NCBI GenBank assembly: GCA_973895155.1
Contig: OZ316891.1
Location: 31,627,112 to 31,691,111 of the forward strand
Direction: 5' to 3'
DNA from: Marsupella aquatica
Taxonomy: Eukaryota > Plantae > Marchantiophyta
Length of the DNA stretch: 64,000 nt
The notes beneath the pieces were generated by a model. It worked only from the letters and a program-made list of their open reading frames with translations, did no database searches and was not told where the DNA came from. Below are positions 13,285-23,685 of this stretch, one piece after another. A program made the position numbers and the translations under genes. Positions within the stretch are counted from its first letter, which is position 1. Every line of letters begins with the position of its first letter.

Positions 13285-16200
13285 ATGACATGCCTACTTC
13301 GGATTGCTTCCTGGAATGTATGCGGATTGTGTGAACCTAATAGGAAAATGGTAGTCAGGAACTGGATTGAATCCTGTAGAGAGAAGATAGATATTCTAGC
13401 GTTACAAGAAATAAAAGCAGATCAATTTCGGCTGGATATTGCTCTGAGGGCTATACTGCCGCTGTATCAGCACCTCACTTCTGCACCAGATGAGGGTCGG
13501 GGTGGGTCTGCTCTGCTGATTCACCCTGATCTGAAGATATTGGCAACGGGCATGATTGACCTGGGAAGGGCCGTATGGGCCGTGATAGAATCGGAAGGAG
13601 GCAAATTTGGAATGGTTAGCATCTATGCTCCGAACTCGCCTCGACTACGGGCTTGCTTATGGCACGAGCTGAAATCACTCCTTCCTCAAGGCAATTGGAT
13701 TCTTGGTGGGGATTTTAACATGACAGAACTTAGAGAAGATTCGAGTGGGCTATCACCTTTGCTTAAGGGCCGGGAAGCCGAGTTTTGGCGTTTTTTGAAA
13801 GTCCGGCTGGATCTGGCGGATGCACTGCTGATTAAAGAGGTTACTGGCTCCCGTTTTACCTGGCGCAGATGCAGAAACGAGGTAACTGTGCAGTCACGTC
13901 TGGATCGATTTTACTTCAGTGAAAAAGGGGAATGGCTGGGGGACCTATTGGAACTGATACATGATGGGGGGTCAGCACTTTCTGACCACGATCCTGTAGT
14001 GATCATAATTCGACTGGGAGACAGGGAGGACATCGGTTGTCCCCCGGGTGGGCCGGTGTGGTTTAAAGTGAACCCGGCTGTGGTCAGAAACAAAGATCAT
14101 CTGGAGGCATTGGAAGGAGCCTGGAAGCTGGGGAAGGGCAACTGCACTGAGCCACTGTTGGCTTTTGAACGAGCTTCCTGCCATTTGCGCAAGATGTACC
14201 GTTTAAAATAGGGCTCCCCTAAAGCACGAGCGGAAGAGATGAACCTCTTGCGGACTCGGCTTCGAACTCTGAAAGAGTCCCTGCTAGAGGACAACTCGGA
14301 GGAGGATATGAGAGAATATATAATTGCTGAGGATCTCCTGCATGCTGCGGAGATGGAAGAGGCACATGTTGGGAGACGACTAGCAAGGATAAAATGGCTA
14401 GGAGAAGGTGAAGAGCCCACTAAATTTTATTTTGCTACGGTAGCAGCAAAGCGAAGCAGGGAAGCTATGAGATCTCTTACCATTGCAGACGGAGCAGAGA
14501 TTACTGAACCTGCTCACATTCTGAGGGAAGTCGCCAGACAATGTTTAGATCTGTATGCCCCCCCTGATCTGACTACAGGTGAGCTTGGGGAGATGAGGAA
14601 GGCCAGGAGCTCTCTCCTCGCTCACACTAGACACCTTAACCTCCGCTGAACTGACAAGATTAGAAGTGCTCCCCAATGGTAAAGAAATCAAAGATACTCT
14701 CTGGCAAATGCCATCTGATAAGGCCCCTGGCCCTGATGGAATGACAGCAGAGGTTTATCGGGCTTGTTGGCACTTTATTGAGACGGATCTCATTGCCATG
14801 ATACAGGTGTTTTGGTTGTCTGGCAACTTAGCTGCTGGCATTAACGATGGTATCATTAAGTTTATCCCCAAGAAACTAGATAAGAGGCTTCTGAAGGACT
14901 GGAGACCCCTGACCATGCTGAACACCATTTACAAGCTCATTGCCAAAATACTGGCCAATCGGTTGATGGTTATCCTTCCCAAGCTGATTAACCCACAGCA
15001 GACAGGATTCATTCCTGGCAGGAACATTTTGGAAAATATCTCACTGGCCTGGTTAGCTTGTGACTGGACCAAAAACAAGCACAGGGAATCCTTGTTTCTC
15101 AAATTAGACTTTGAAAAAGCATTTGATAGAGTCAATCATGAGTACATTTGGGAGACAATGCACCTGCTAGGGATTGGCAGCCATTTCATCAAGCTAGTAC
15201 AGGCTTTGCTTGCTGAACCGTCGTCACGTGTGCAGGTCAATGGCTTGATGTCTGAGACCATTGGGCTAAAGAGAGGTGTAAGACAAGGCTGCCCGCTTTC
15301 CCCTCTGCTATTTGTTATATCGACCCAGCCCCTTATGGATCTCATGGATGCGGAATTAGCGGCTGGGAGACTACTAGGGATACAAATATCAGAGGAATTG
15401 ACCCTCTGTTATCGACTCTTTGCGGATGACTTGGGAATGCTGATCCCTGCTACAGAGGAGTGCTTCCACATGGCCACAATGGTGCTACACTGTTACGAAT
15501 CTGCAACTGGAGCAAGACTCAATTTACGCAAGTCTGTGATCATACCATTGGCAATGGCTTCTATACCATGGTGGTTGACGAATACAGGGTGTGTAATCAG
15601 CAAGAAAGGGGAGCTACAAAAGTATCTGGGTGCACCATTGGGGGTGGAGCTGCAGAAGGATCATTTACATCGCTTTGTTCTTGATAAAATTGGTGCACGC
15701 TTGTCATCTTGGGCCAACAAGCTGCTGTCATTCTCTGGAAGGATCCTCTTGATCAGGCACATCTTACAGGCGATACCCATTTATCATTCTATGTTCTTGA
15801 AAGCCTCTGACGGCCTGGCAAGGAAATTGATAGCACTATGTCGGGATTTTCTGTGGGGCTACAACTCTGAAGGAGGCAAAAGGGTACCTCTGGTCTCTTG
15901 GGCTAGAATGGCTAGGCCTAGGATGGATGGGGGCCTGGGGCTGAAAGACTTTTGTTGCCACTCGGACGCTCTTCTCTCTAAATGGTTTACGAGAGCACTG
16001 GACTCCCCTGGCACGGAATGGGCCTGCCTCTTTGCAGAAAATTTGAAATTGGTTAGCTGGATGAATTTCAAGTGGATCAGGAGGAATAAGTATTCTTTCA
16101 GGGATAAAATGTTGCTTTGCTTTCCACGATCATTTAATGGCCTTACATATACTGGAGGATTATGGAAAGCTTGGATGCAATTAAGACCTCATCTGATCTT

Positions 16201-17200
16201 TTCCCCAATGGATTTAATGCTTGGCAGGTGGAATGTAATGGATACACTACGTTGCCTTGAGGGCTTTCAGTCGTGGCCTAATGCGGATTTTACGGCGGTA
16301 ACAGTGCTCTGTGGACGCTTGGGCATACGCAGTATCCGAGATCTTTGGTCAGTTGAGTTGCAAACGTGGCGTGATTTGGTTGCACAACTGGCACACATTA
16401 GAGGGTTCTCTGCACGTGAGCGAGGCTGTTGCAGGGAGTTTCTAGAGAAGGTTACAGAGATTGATGGATGTTGTATGCACTATGTCACTGGAGCTCGATG
16501 TTGGCGATGGGCGGATCATCCGGCCCCTATGAATGCCTTTCAAATTACCAACAGGCGGGCTTACTCTCTACTTAGCCCTACTGTGGAGGATTTTCTTAGC
16601 CTGAATTGCACTTGGGGCAGCACAAAATCGGTAGGTGAATGGAAGGCGACCTGGATTGGGCTGTGGAGATCCGATCTATCCTCACGGGCAAAAACTTTTG
16701 TCTGGAGAGTCCTAGAGTCCGGATTATTTACAGGAATCCGTGCTGCCCGCATAGGCAAGGGAGATGGATTTTGCAAGCTGTGTAGCGGTGTCACTGAAAC
16801 CATGCCCCACCTCTTTTCCCAGTGTGTGCATGCCCGCAAATGTTGGGCATTAAGTGCTAGGTGCTTCCAAGGCACCTTTCCTGATTACTCGAGTAGGATG
16901 TTATCCATGCTAGATCTAACACTAGGTAGAGAACACAGAACAGTTGCAAATCTATTCATTTTTTACCAGATCCTATGGTCATTGTGGTTAGGATGGAATG
17001 TACATGAGTTTCAGGCAAATGGCTGCAAGAAATTTGATCTTAGATTCCTATTATCGGAGGCAGCCGATCATGTTACTGCGGTGGGCTTGAGCTTGCCCCT
17101 GGGCAGGCGGCGCACAAGAATGATGCGTGTTAAAGAGCTTATTAATCAGGAGAGAGTGGTGTGGTTGCGTAGTCGTCAGGTTTGGATCACGTTTGGCTGA
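13285..17200 (+). pseudogene. LINE ORF2p (APE endonuclease, reverse transcriptase, zf-RVT); stop at 14209-14211 and frameshift near 14650
   Basis: SWNVCGL, GGDFN, SRLDRF, SDHDP; KAPGPDG, KLDFEKAFD, GVRQGCPLSPLLF, LFADD; C-terminal CKLC...ETMPHLFSQC. Confidence 0.95.
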
Positions 17201-17445
17201 GGTCTTTTTGGATCTCAGGGACGGAGTATATTGTCGTCTTGGTTTCTGGCTGATGGCTCGGGCATTTGTGTGCAGCGCATAGCTGGTTAGTTTGCCTTGC
17301 TCTGTATTGGCCCTTGGAGGGCTCGGGTACAGGAGAGCTGTGTATAGCTGGTTAGTTTGCCTTGATAGATATTGGCCCCCTAAATTCTGGGCGTGCATGA
17401 TATGCTTGGCTTGCTGTTGGCCCCCACTGTTGATTTGGGGCAAAC

Positions 17446-20400
17446 TGTGACGCCGCCGGTACGGCGGTTAATGAGTGATTCAGTCTAACTGCGCTCGGCA
17501 CGCGCGTTAGGTGGGTCTTAGGCCGCTATTATTAGCATAACGACAGTATTTAGGTAATCTTTAGGGGTAGGACATCATTAGGCAATAAGGGGGACTTCAG
17601 GTTTGGACTGGCGGCGGGTCGCTATTCGCACACCCGGGTTACGAGCGTGGAAGGGCCCCTCCCTCGGGTCCGTATAACGAACTTAAGGAAGCGGCCACTG
17701 ACGCACGCTGACTCAGACCGGCGGAGTGGCCGGTACACCACAAGCGTGAGCGGTTCAGCCTATGGGCGCCGAGGAGACGTCGGGGGATCGACAAGCCCTC
17801 AAAGTATAAAAGGGGAGCCAACCCTTTGTAGTGCACCAGTCCATCAGTCCGCGCGCCAGCTTTGATCCCAGCTCTCTCGGTCTCTCTAGGTCGCCACTAC
17901 TATCTCCTTTGAATGTCGCACACGATCCTCTCCAGCTCGGCCATTCGATTCTGGATGCAGTTCCTATCTACCGGAAGGCACTTGGCCGATTCATTGAAAC
18001 ACGCCAACCCGCGCCGATACGAAATCGAACGCGAGTACGAGAGAGCCATCCGCCTAGCAGGACGACACCACTACGTCCTTAACTTTGACTACCCATCTCA
18101 GAGCGAGCTTTACCGACCAGTAGAGGTATTTGGGTACTTCTTCAATGGAGACAAATATATCGGTTTCTGGGAAGCATTGCTTCGGCTTCTGGACGAGGTC
18201 TTCAATATCCCGGGTACAATCGACCTGCAGCGACATCACTTTGACCACATCCCTGCCCGGGTTCGGGCTGTCATTAACGGCGAGTCCAGTACCAACCGTT
18301 CGACAAGGGCGTCCGCACTCGCTTCGGAGAACTTCTACCAGCACCTGCAGAGCTTCATGGGAACTCGGCCATCAACCAACATGACCAACTCAGCTGTGCC
18401 CGTACCCGTACCCGTGCCCATGCAACCCCAGCCTCAACCTCAGGCTCAGCTTCAGCTTCAGCCTCAGCCGCAGCCTAGCCAAACCCCACCACCTATCACC
18501 CAGCCAGCACAGGTACGCTCCGTCATCAACGCTGTGGATCTTAGCGATGACGACGAGGCTACCCCACCCTTGACCAGGCGGCCCAGAGGAACAAGCGCTC
18601 GGGGGGCCGACACTATATCGTCCCCACCCCCTGCTCTGACCCCAGGAGCGGCCCCAGCAGACAACATGGTGACCGTGGCCGCCCCGGGCCCGTTACCAAC
18701 GGCAGTGGCACTACCCAGGCCCGATCAGGAGGATGGGGAAGTATCACCTTCCCCGAGCCAGTCACGGGGAAAGAAGAGGAAGGAATCCGCCACTACATCC
18801 AGGTTACCGTTGGCCACGGTAGCCGTAGCCAAGGTGACGATGCACCGCATGGGGGAAAACGTTCACAGCAACATCCTCCATCCTAAGCATGCGGTGTACC
18901 TGAAGACTCGGGGATTTGAGCACCTCACCTCTCTCCCCTGGAACACTTGCAGGTACTACGGGGAGGACATGACAGAATTCGTCAAGAATTATGATGACGT
19001 ACGTCAACAGACTCGGCTGCGGGGAAGGAATATGTCCCTCACAGAAGAACGGCTCAAGATGATCTTCGGGTTACTCGAAGGTGACCATCGAGTCGAATCA
19101 CGGGCTCCCGGGGGCAAGGGAGCCAAGTACCAATCTTCAAGTTTTCCCTCAGAGGGAGCAGTAGACAACGGGTTCGTGATGAGGACCTGCCTCATGCCCG
19201 AGATAGCTGAGCGGCTGGAGTTCCAAAGGTACGCTCTCCACATGATGGAACCCCGGGGGGAGATCTCCGCCGCCCAGGTTATCCAGGTCGAGAACTATCG
19301 ACCTAGGAAATGGGCATCGTACTTCGCTAAGAAATTCCATGAAGACATGGAGCGGCGAAGGAAGACGCTGTACATTGGCGGGAAGGCGTATTTCGCTAGC
19401 CACATCGAAATCATTCTTGAGTGGTACGCCCGGTTTGATCGACGAACCCTTCCCCGCATCAACGTTACAAAGCTGGTCCCAGCTAGGTGGGTTTTTCCGG
19501 CATTGGAGAGACGGCCCCAACCCGAGGCCCGAAGTCCAGCGGACACGCCAGCTTCACCCACCCCACCTCCACAAATAGCTGTAATCGTAACCGAGGAGGC
19601 GCCGGATGGGTCGGTTGTTGCAACCGTTGATGCGACCCAACTAGCCGGGCTAAGCACAGAAGTTGTTACGGCAGAGGTATTACCCGAGCCCGGGTCTCCC
19701 AAGGACCCACCGGTGGCAATTCCGGAGAATCGGACATTGCTGCAGGAGAACACTCCAGCCCCTTCCAACGTTATGTCCCCAGGGCTGGACGTCACTGCCC
19801 CGGCCCCCGCGCGTGTTGACGTCTGCCCGTGCCCAAATCCGGACAGGCACAACTTGGACCACCCGGAACTCTTCGTACAGGGTACGTTTCTAAACGGGCT
19901 TCTGGGAGATTTCTCTCATCAAATTGCCCGGGATACCGGGGAGTTCATGGCCCGAAAGGTAGCCTGTTTCTTCAATCAGGAGTTGGTTGCCGCAGTAAAG
20001 GCAGGTCGGGCCCAGTCGGAGGCCCTTCAGAGGATAGAGCGGTACCGGGTGGAGTCCGTGTACCTAAAGAATGAATTGGCGGCTCAAGAGGCTGAGCTTC
20101 TGCAACTACGACCCAAGGTTGCAAAGGCGCACGCTCTTACCGCCCTAGCCGAACAGGCCAAAGCTGGGAACGAGGCCGAGATTACCCGACTTCGGAACCA
20201 GATTGACAGTTTGAAGAAACAAGCTGTCACCTGGCAGGAAGACCTGGAGGAGGCTGAGGAGCGAGCCCAGCGGGACACGGCGGAGATAGCCACGCTGCAG
20301 GCCGAGATGGCGCGGCTCCAAACCGAGGCCGAGAAGCAGGACCAGCTGGCGGGTAAACTGACGAGCGACGCCCAGCAGCTGGAGGAGGCATGTCAGGAGG

Positions 20401-21443
20401 CAGCAGAGGAGACGGACGCGGCGAGGCGAGAGAACGAATCTCTGCTGGACCAGGTCCAGCTCCTCAAAGCGGACAATGACAGGCTTCGAAGGCAGCGGGA
20501 TGGCCGTTCCCATTCGGGCGGCTCTGGCAAGCGTGCCAGGCATTAGCGGCAGAGTAGGAGTAGATTAGGATTAGGATTGGCTTAGTCAGGATCTTGGGAC
20601 AGGCACCTGCCTTTGGTACAGCAGCGCTGCCCTGCTGTCCAGCCTGCGTAGATTAGGATCTTCTAATAAGACACAGCCGTTTTCCGGCCTGACCATCAGC
20701 TTAGTTAGGACCTTAGTCAGCGAATCTTCGGCGAGAGGACACCCCGTCCCTCAGCTCTTAGTATTTAGTGCACCCCTCGGTAGAGGCAGGGGGGGTTTTA
20801 GTTTCAGAGTTGGACATCCGCGGGATATGCGGGGAGTCCCGACCTCTGGGAATGAAAGAGTACCAAGGGGAGGGGGTAGGACTAAGCTCGCCGGGCGAGT
20901 GTGGAGCCGGGCTCCGTTGTAGTGTGCACCCTCGGCCTTGAACCTGTTCATTCCAGGCCTGTCGGGTCAACTAAGTGTACGCATGTGTTTCCCTTTGTAG
21001 TAAAATCCTTTCCCATCATTTTCCTTCGTGTAAATCGAGATTGTATGCATGTGTACGCATATGTGTGTGGGTTTCTTGTATATGGGTGGCAGCGCCAGGC
21101 CGAACGCACTACCCGAGACGTGCACATGGTGCAGCCTGCGGGTAAGTGGTTGCGAGCACGGGTTGAGGACCTGTATCATCAAATCCGGATCGAAGGCGGA
21201 CAGCACGAAGGCTTAGAAGCCCTTAAGCCGGGGTCGATCCTGCTATCGACTAAGGTACGTTCCGGCGGCGGAACACAAACCATACCTAGGAGGTGTCCGT
21301 ATTTAGCAGTATGCGCACTTAGCGCTAGTTTACGAGAATAAGGTGTATTATGTGCTTCCCTTCCTGCCCGAACCCTCAGATTTACGAGGGATGTGCCCAT
21401 CTAAGCTGAAGTCTGAGTTAAGGCCGAAGCCGACGGCGTGACA
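17446..21443 (+). mobile_element. 3998-bp TG..CA element (solo-LTR-like) copy A, protein-coding
   Basis: 5-bp TSD CAAAC at 17441-17445 and 21444-21448. Ends TGTGACGCCGCCGG / CCGACGGCGTGACA (12/14 inverted match). No gag, pol or terminal direct repeats. Confidence 0.9.
17913..20546 (+). CDS. 877-aa protein of unknown function: QP/Pro-rich region, plant-transposon accessory-like central domain, long C-terminal coiled coil, basic NLS-like motifs
   Basis: Uninterrupted 2.6-kb ORF with TATAAAAGG ~100 bp upstream (~17805), RGKKRKE and GKRARH basic motifs, and a heptad-rich C-terminus. A collinear decayed homolog lies at 35312-37978. Confidence 0.85.
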   Translation: MSHTILSSSAIRFWMQFLSTGRHLADSLKHANPRRYEIEREYERAIRLAGRHHYVLNFDYPSQSELYRPVEVFGYFFNGDKYIGFWEALLRLLDEVFNIPGTIDLQRHHFDHIPARVRAVINGESSTNRSTRASALASENFYQHLQSFMGTRPSTNMTNSAVPVPVPVPMQPQPQPQAQLQLQPQPQPSQTPPPITQPAQVRSVINAVDLSDDDEATPPLTRRPRGTSARGADTISSPPPALTPGAAPADNMVTVAAPGPLPTAVALPRPDQEDGEVSPSPSQSRGKKRKESATTSRLPLATVAVAKVTMHRMGENVHSNILHPKHAVYLKTRGFEHLTSLPWNTCRYYGEDMTEFVKNYDDVRQQTRLRGRNMSLTEERLKMIFGLLEGDHRVESRAPGGKGAKYQSSSFPSEGAVDNGFVMRTCLMPEIAERLEFQRYALHMMEPRGEISAAQVIQVENYRPRKWASYFAKKFHEDMERRRKTLYIGGKAYFASHIEIILEWYARFDRRTLPRINVTKLVPARWVFPALERRPQPEARSPADTPASPTPPPQIAVIVTEEAPDGSVVATVDATQLAGLSTEVVTAEVLPEPGSPKDPPVAIPENRTLLQENTPAPSNVMSPGLDVTAPAPARVDVCPCPNPDRHNLDHPELFVQGTFLNGLLGDFSHQIARDTGEFMARKVACFFNQELVAAVKAGRAQSEALQRIERYRVESVYLKNELAAQEAELLQLRPKVAKAHALTALAEQAKAGNEAEITRLRNQIDSLKKQAVTWQEDLEEAEERAQRDTAEIATLQAEMARLQTEAEKQDQLAGKLTSDAQQLEEACQEAAEETDAARRENESLLDQVQLLKADNDRLRRQRDGRSHSGGSGKRARH

Positions 21444-21599
21444 CAAACACAATCTGCGTCCCCCTGCCACGGGGTCTTTCGTGGTTATAGTAATAAAAGA
21501 AAACAAACTTCAAGGAAGTATAATTTAGGTTGTCTTATGGGTCCACTACAAAAAGGGTTCAAGTTGTAAGATGGTGGAATTAGTAGCAGTCATGCTGGT

Positions 21600-22235
21600 C
21601 TAGTCATGGGTACTTGGGATATCAGAACCCTCTCGGATGACATGGCGAGTACAGTAAATCATGCGCCACTGTCCAATGTCCCAGGTGTCTCGGCCCCTCA
21701 CCCTTCTCCTCAAGTGCCTGTCTGCTGTTGGTCCTTCATCACGACACCATGCACGAGGGCATCTACGACATTGGAAAAAATCCCAAATGCCCTCCCGATA
21801 CTCCTTACAGACCTCACAGTAATGTCGTGGGCATATAAGAGCATCGGGATGTGCATCAGGGTTATCTGGATGGCGGGTGAAAGGCATTTCCCCCAATCGC
21901 AGAAGTGTCCGGAGACAACCCACATGGTAAAATGAGTAGCAGTCATCATGAGAACACTGGATCACAAGGGGCTCATATGTGGTGGGTCTCAAGGTTCTGC
22001 CAAGGAGTCCACAACCAAAACATCTTCCTTTGTTTTGCTGATAGATGTCACAAAGCCAAGCTGCAGCCCAATCATGACCTCTGGAAATGACAATCCGCTG
22101 ACATGTAGGTCCATGGCCATCTTCCTCATCAGGGTTGTGGCCATCAACTACATAATGAAAATGGCGACCACAAGGGCCATCACAAAACAAAATAGTTCCT
22201 CCCTCATCACATTCAAAACAGCAAGGGGGATCCAT
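21600..22235 (-). CDS. EDM2-type composite PHD-finger protein (exon or possibly degenerate gene) carried inside the P-like element
   Basis: CFECDEGGTILFCDGPCGRHFH..C..WLCD..RCFGCG..IQCSHDDCYSFYHVGC..ICPRHYCEVC..QCRRCPRAW..RMIYCTRH follows the Cys/His order of the plant EDM2 PHD cluster. One expected Cys appears replaced (CDIY). Confidence 0.75.
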   Translation of the reverse strand: MDPPCCFECDEGGTILFCDGPCGRHFHYVVDGHNPDEEDGHGPTCQRIVISRGHDWAAAWLCDIYQQNKGRCFGCGLLGRTLRPTTYEPLVIQCSHDDCYSFYHVGCLRTLLRLGEMPFTRHPDNPDAHPDALICPRHYCEVCKEYREGIWDFFQCRRCPRAWCRDEGPTADRHLRRRVRGRDTWDIGQWRMIYCTRHVIREGSDIPSTHD

Positions 22236-22475
22236 ACGAAGGTGCTCCTATGCCCAAATCTTGGATCCAGCAACTGACGAGCAATGTGTGCCATGCTGAA
22301 CAAGATCTGCAAAATTACCTTCAAAAATTAGGGGCAGGCATAGGGGCAGGCATGTGATATACCAGAAGGAGCGATAGTCCACCAGCAATCATAGCCAATA
22401 GGCACCACCAGGGGCATGACTTCCTTGTGGGCTCCTTGGATCCATCCTGCAATGTGAGCAATGCAGAATCAGAAG

Positions 22476-23018
22476 TTAACAACTTGAGTGTGCATCACCA
22501 TCATGGGCAGAACCTGGACGTGTCCCACCACAGACACAATCATTGATGAAATGATAGGTGTTCCACGCCAGGCAACCACCCCATGACATTCTTGCCATGT
22601 ACTGTGAAAAAGTCTGCACTATGTTAGAGTCGAGGTTAGAGTCACCTCCCCTACAACGATCACATGTCTGGGTGTGACAATGGAGACAAGCCTCCAAGAA
22701 GACATGGTCCTCATCCAGCACCACATCTGTTTGTTCAACTAGACGGATACTGTTTGGGGCTGGTGGGGATGTACTTAGCCTCCGGTAATGGTTGCGAGGC
22801 ACAGATGGATAGCCCCAGGTCACAGCACAGTCTGTAGGCACGATCCCATAATGGATCATCTTCACACAAAAGCACTCACCCTTCTGTCGATGGTACTCAG
22901 ACAATACACTGCGTGTGACAACCATCTTCAGTGCACTAGACAGAGATTGTGCCCACTCCAACAAAATGACAAGGCCACAACAAGGTATCACGATTGACCT
23001 TAGCAAGGGCCTGAACAC
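22476..23018 (-). other. Cys/His-rich ORF, possibly an upstream exon or a second cargo gene
   Basis: CFC..H, CLHCHTQTCDRC and CVC motifs; same strand as and directly upstream of the PHD ORF. Confidence 0.3.
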
Positions 23019-23685
23019 AACCTCCCCAATTCCTGACTTCTACCAATTGATCCCTGCAAGAAAGAAAGGGAGTTGAAGTTATATTTCATGCATACAAGTA
23101 TCAAACAAACATACAAAGTAGATAGTGTCCAAAAACAGACAGACTCCTATATGCAAACATTCGCATCAGACAAGCAGGTCTTTATTATGTAAACTGCACC
23201 AAACACAGGGATACACTTGGAAAACGTAACCAGTCCTATATACACCTGCGTTTTGGTATGATCAAGTTTACACTTTGCCAAAGGGCATTTGCCTCATCCT
23301 GTTAATCATTTCTAGTTTCCTCTAGTGGAATGGCTTGTCTACGACTCATGGTACACTAAACCATAAACTATAAGAAACTGTCTGCTGCTCTGCAACAAAG
23401 TGAAGCTTACTTGAATCCTCCAAACAGATGCCTAGAATTGCTGCTCTGTGATAATTCAACACAAAACCCCTACACAAGTCCCACACACAACAAAAAGCTC
23501 AATAGAACATCAATAGTCTCAACACACACCAAAAGCTTAGTACAGTGAAAGTGAATGAGGACCGCAAATTCTCTCACTGTGACACTCTTTATAGTCTCAC
23601 CAGAAATGCTTTGAAAAACAAAAATGCCAGGTTAAATAAACTGCGCAGGTTAAAAAAACCAGGTTCTCTATCACATTGACAAACA

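Larger units (their letters stand above)
10324..21515 (+). mobile_element. L1-clade LINE (LINE-1), near full length, with a 4-kb insertion in its 3' UTR
   Basis: ORF1 and ORF2 are present. A probable 12-bp TSD AAGTATAATTTA lies at 10312-10323 and 21516-21527. AATAAA is at 21492-21497. Confidence 0.85.

Noticed and set aside
17446-21443. TRIM/LARD or full LTR retrotransposon
   Set aside because: No terminal direct repeats, PBS/PPT pair or gag-pol were found within the TSD-bounded unit.
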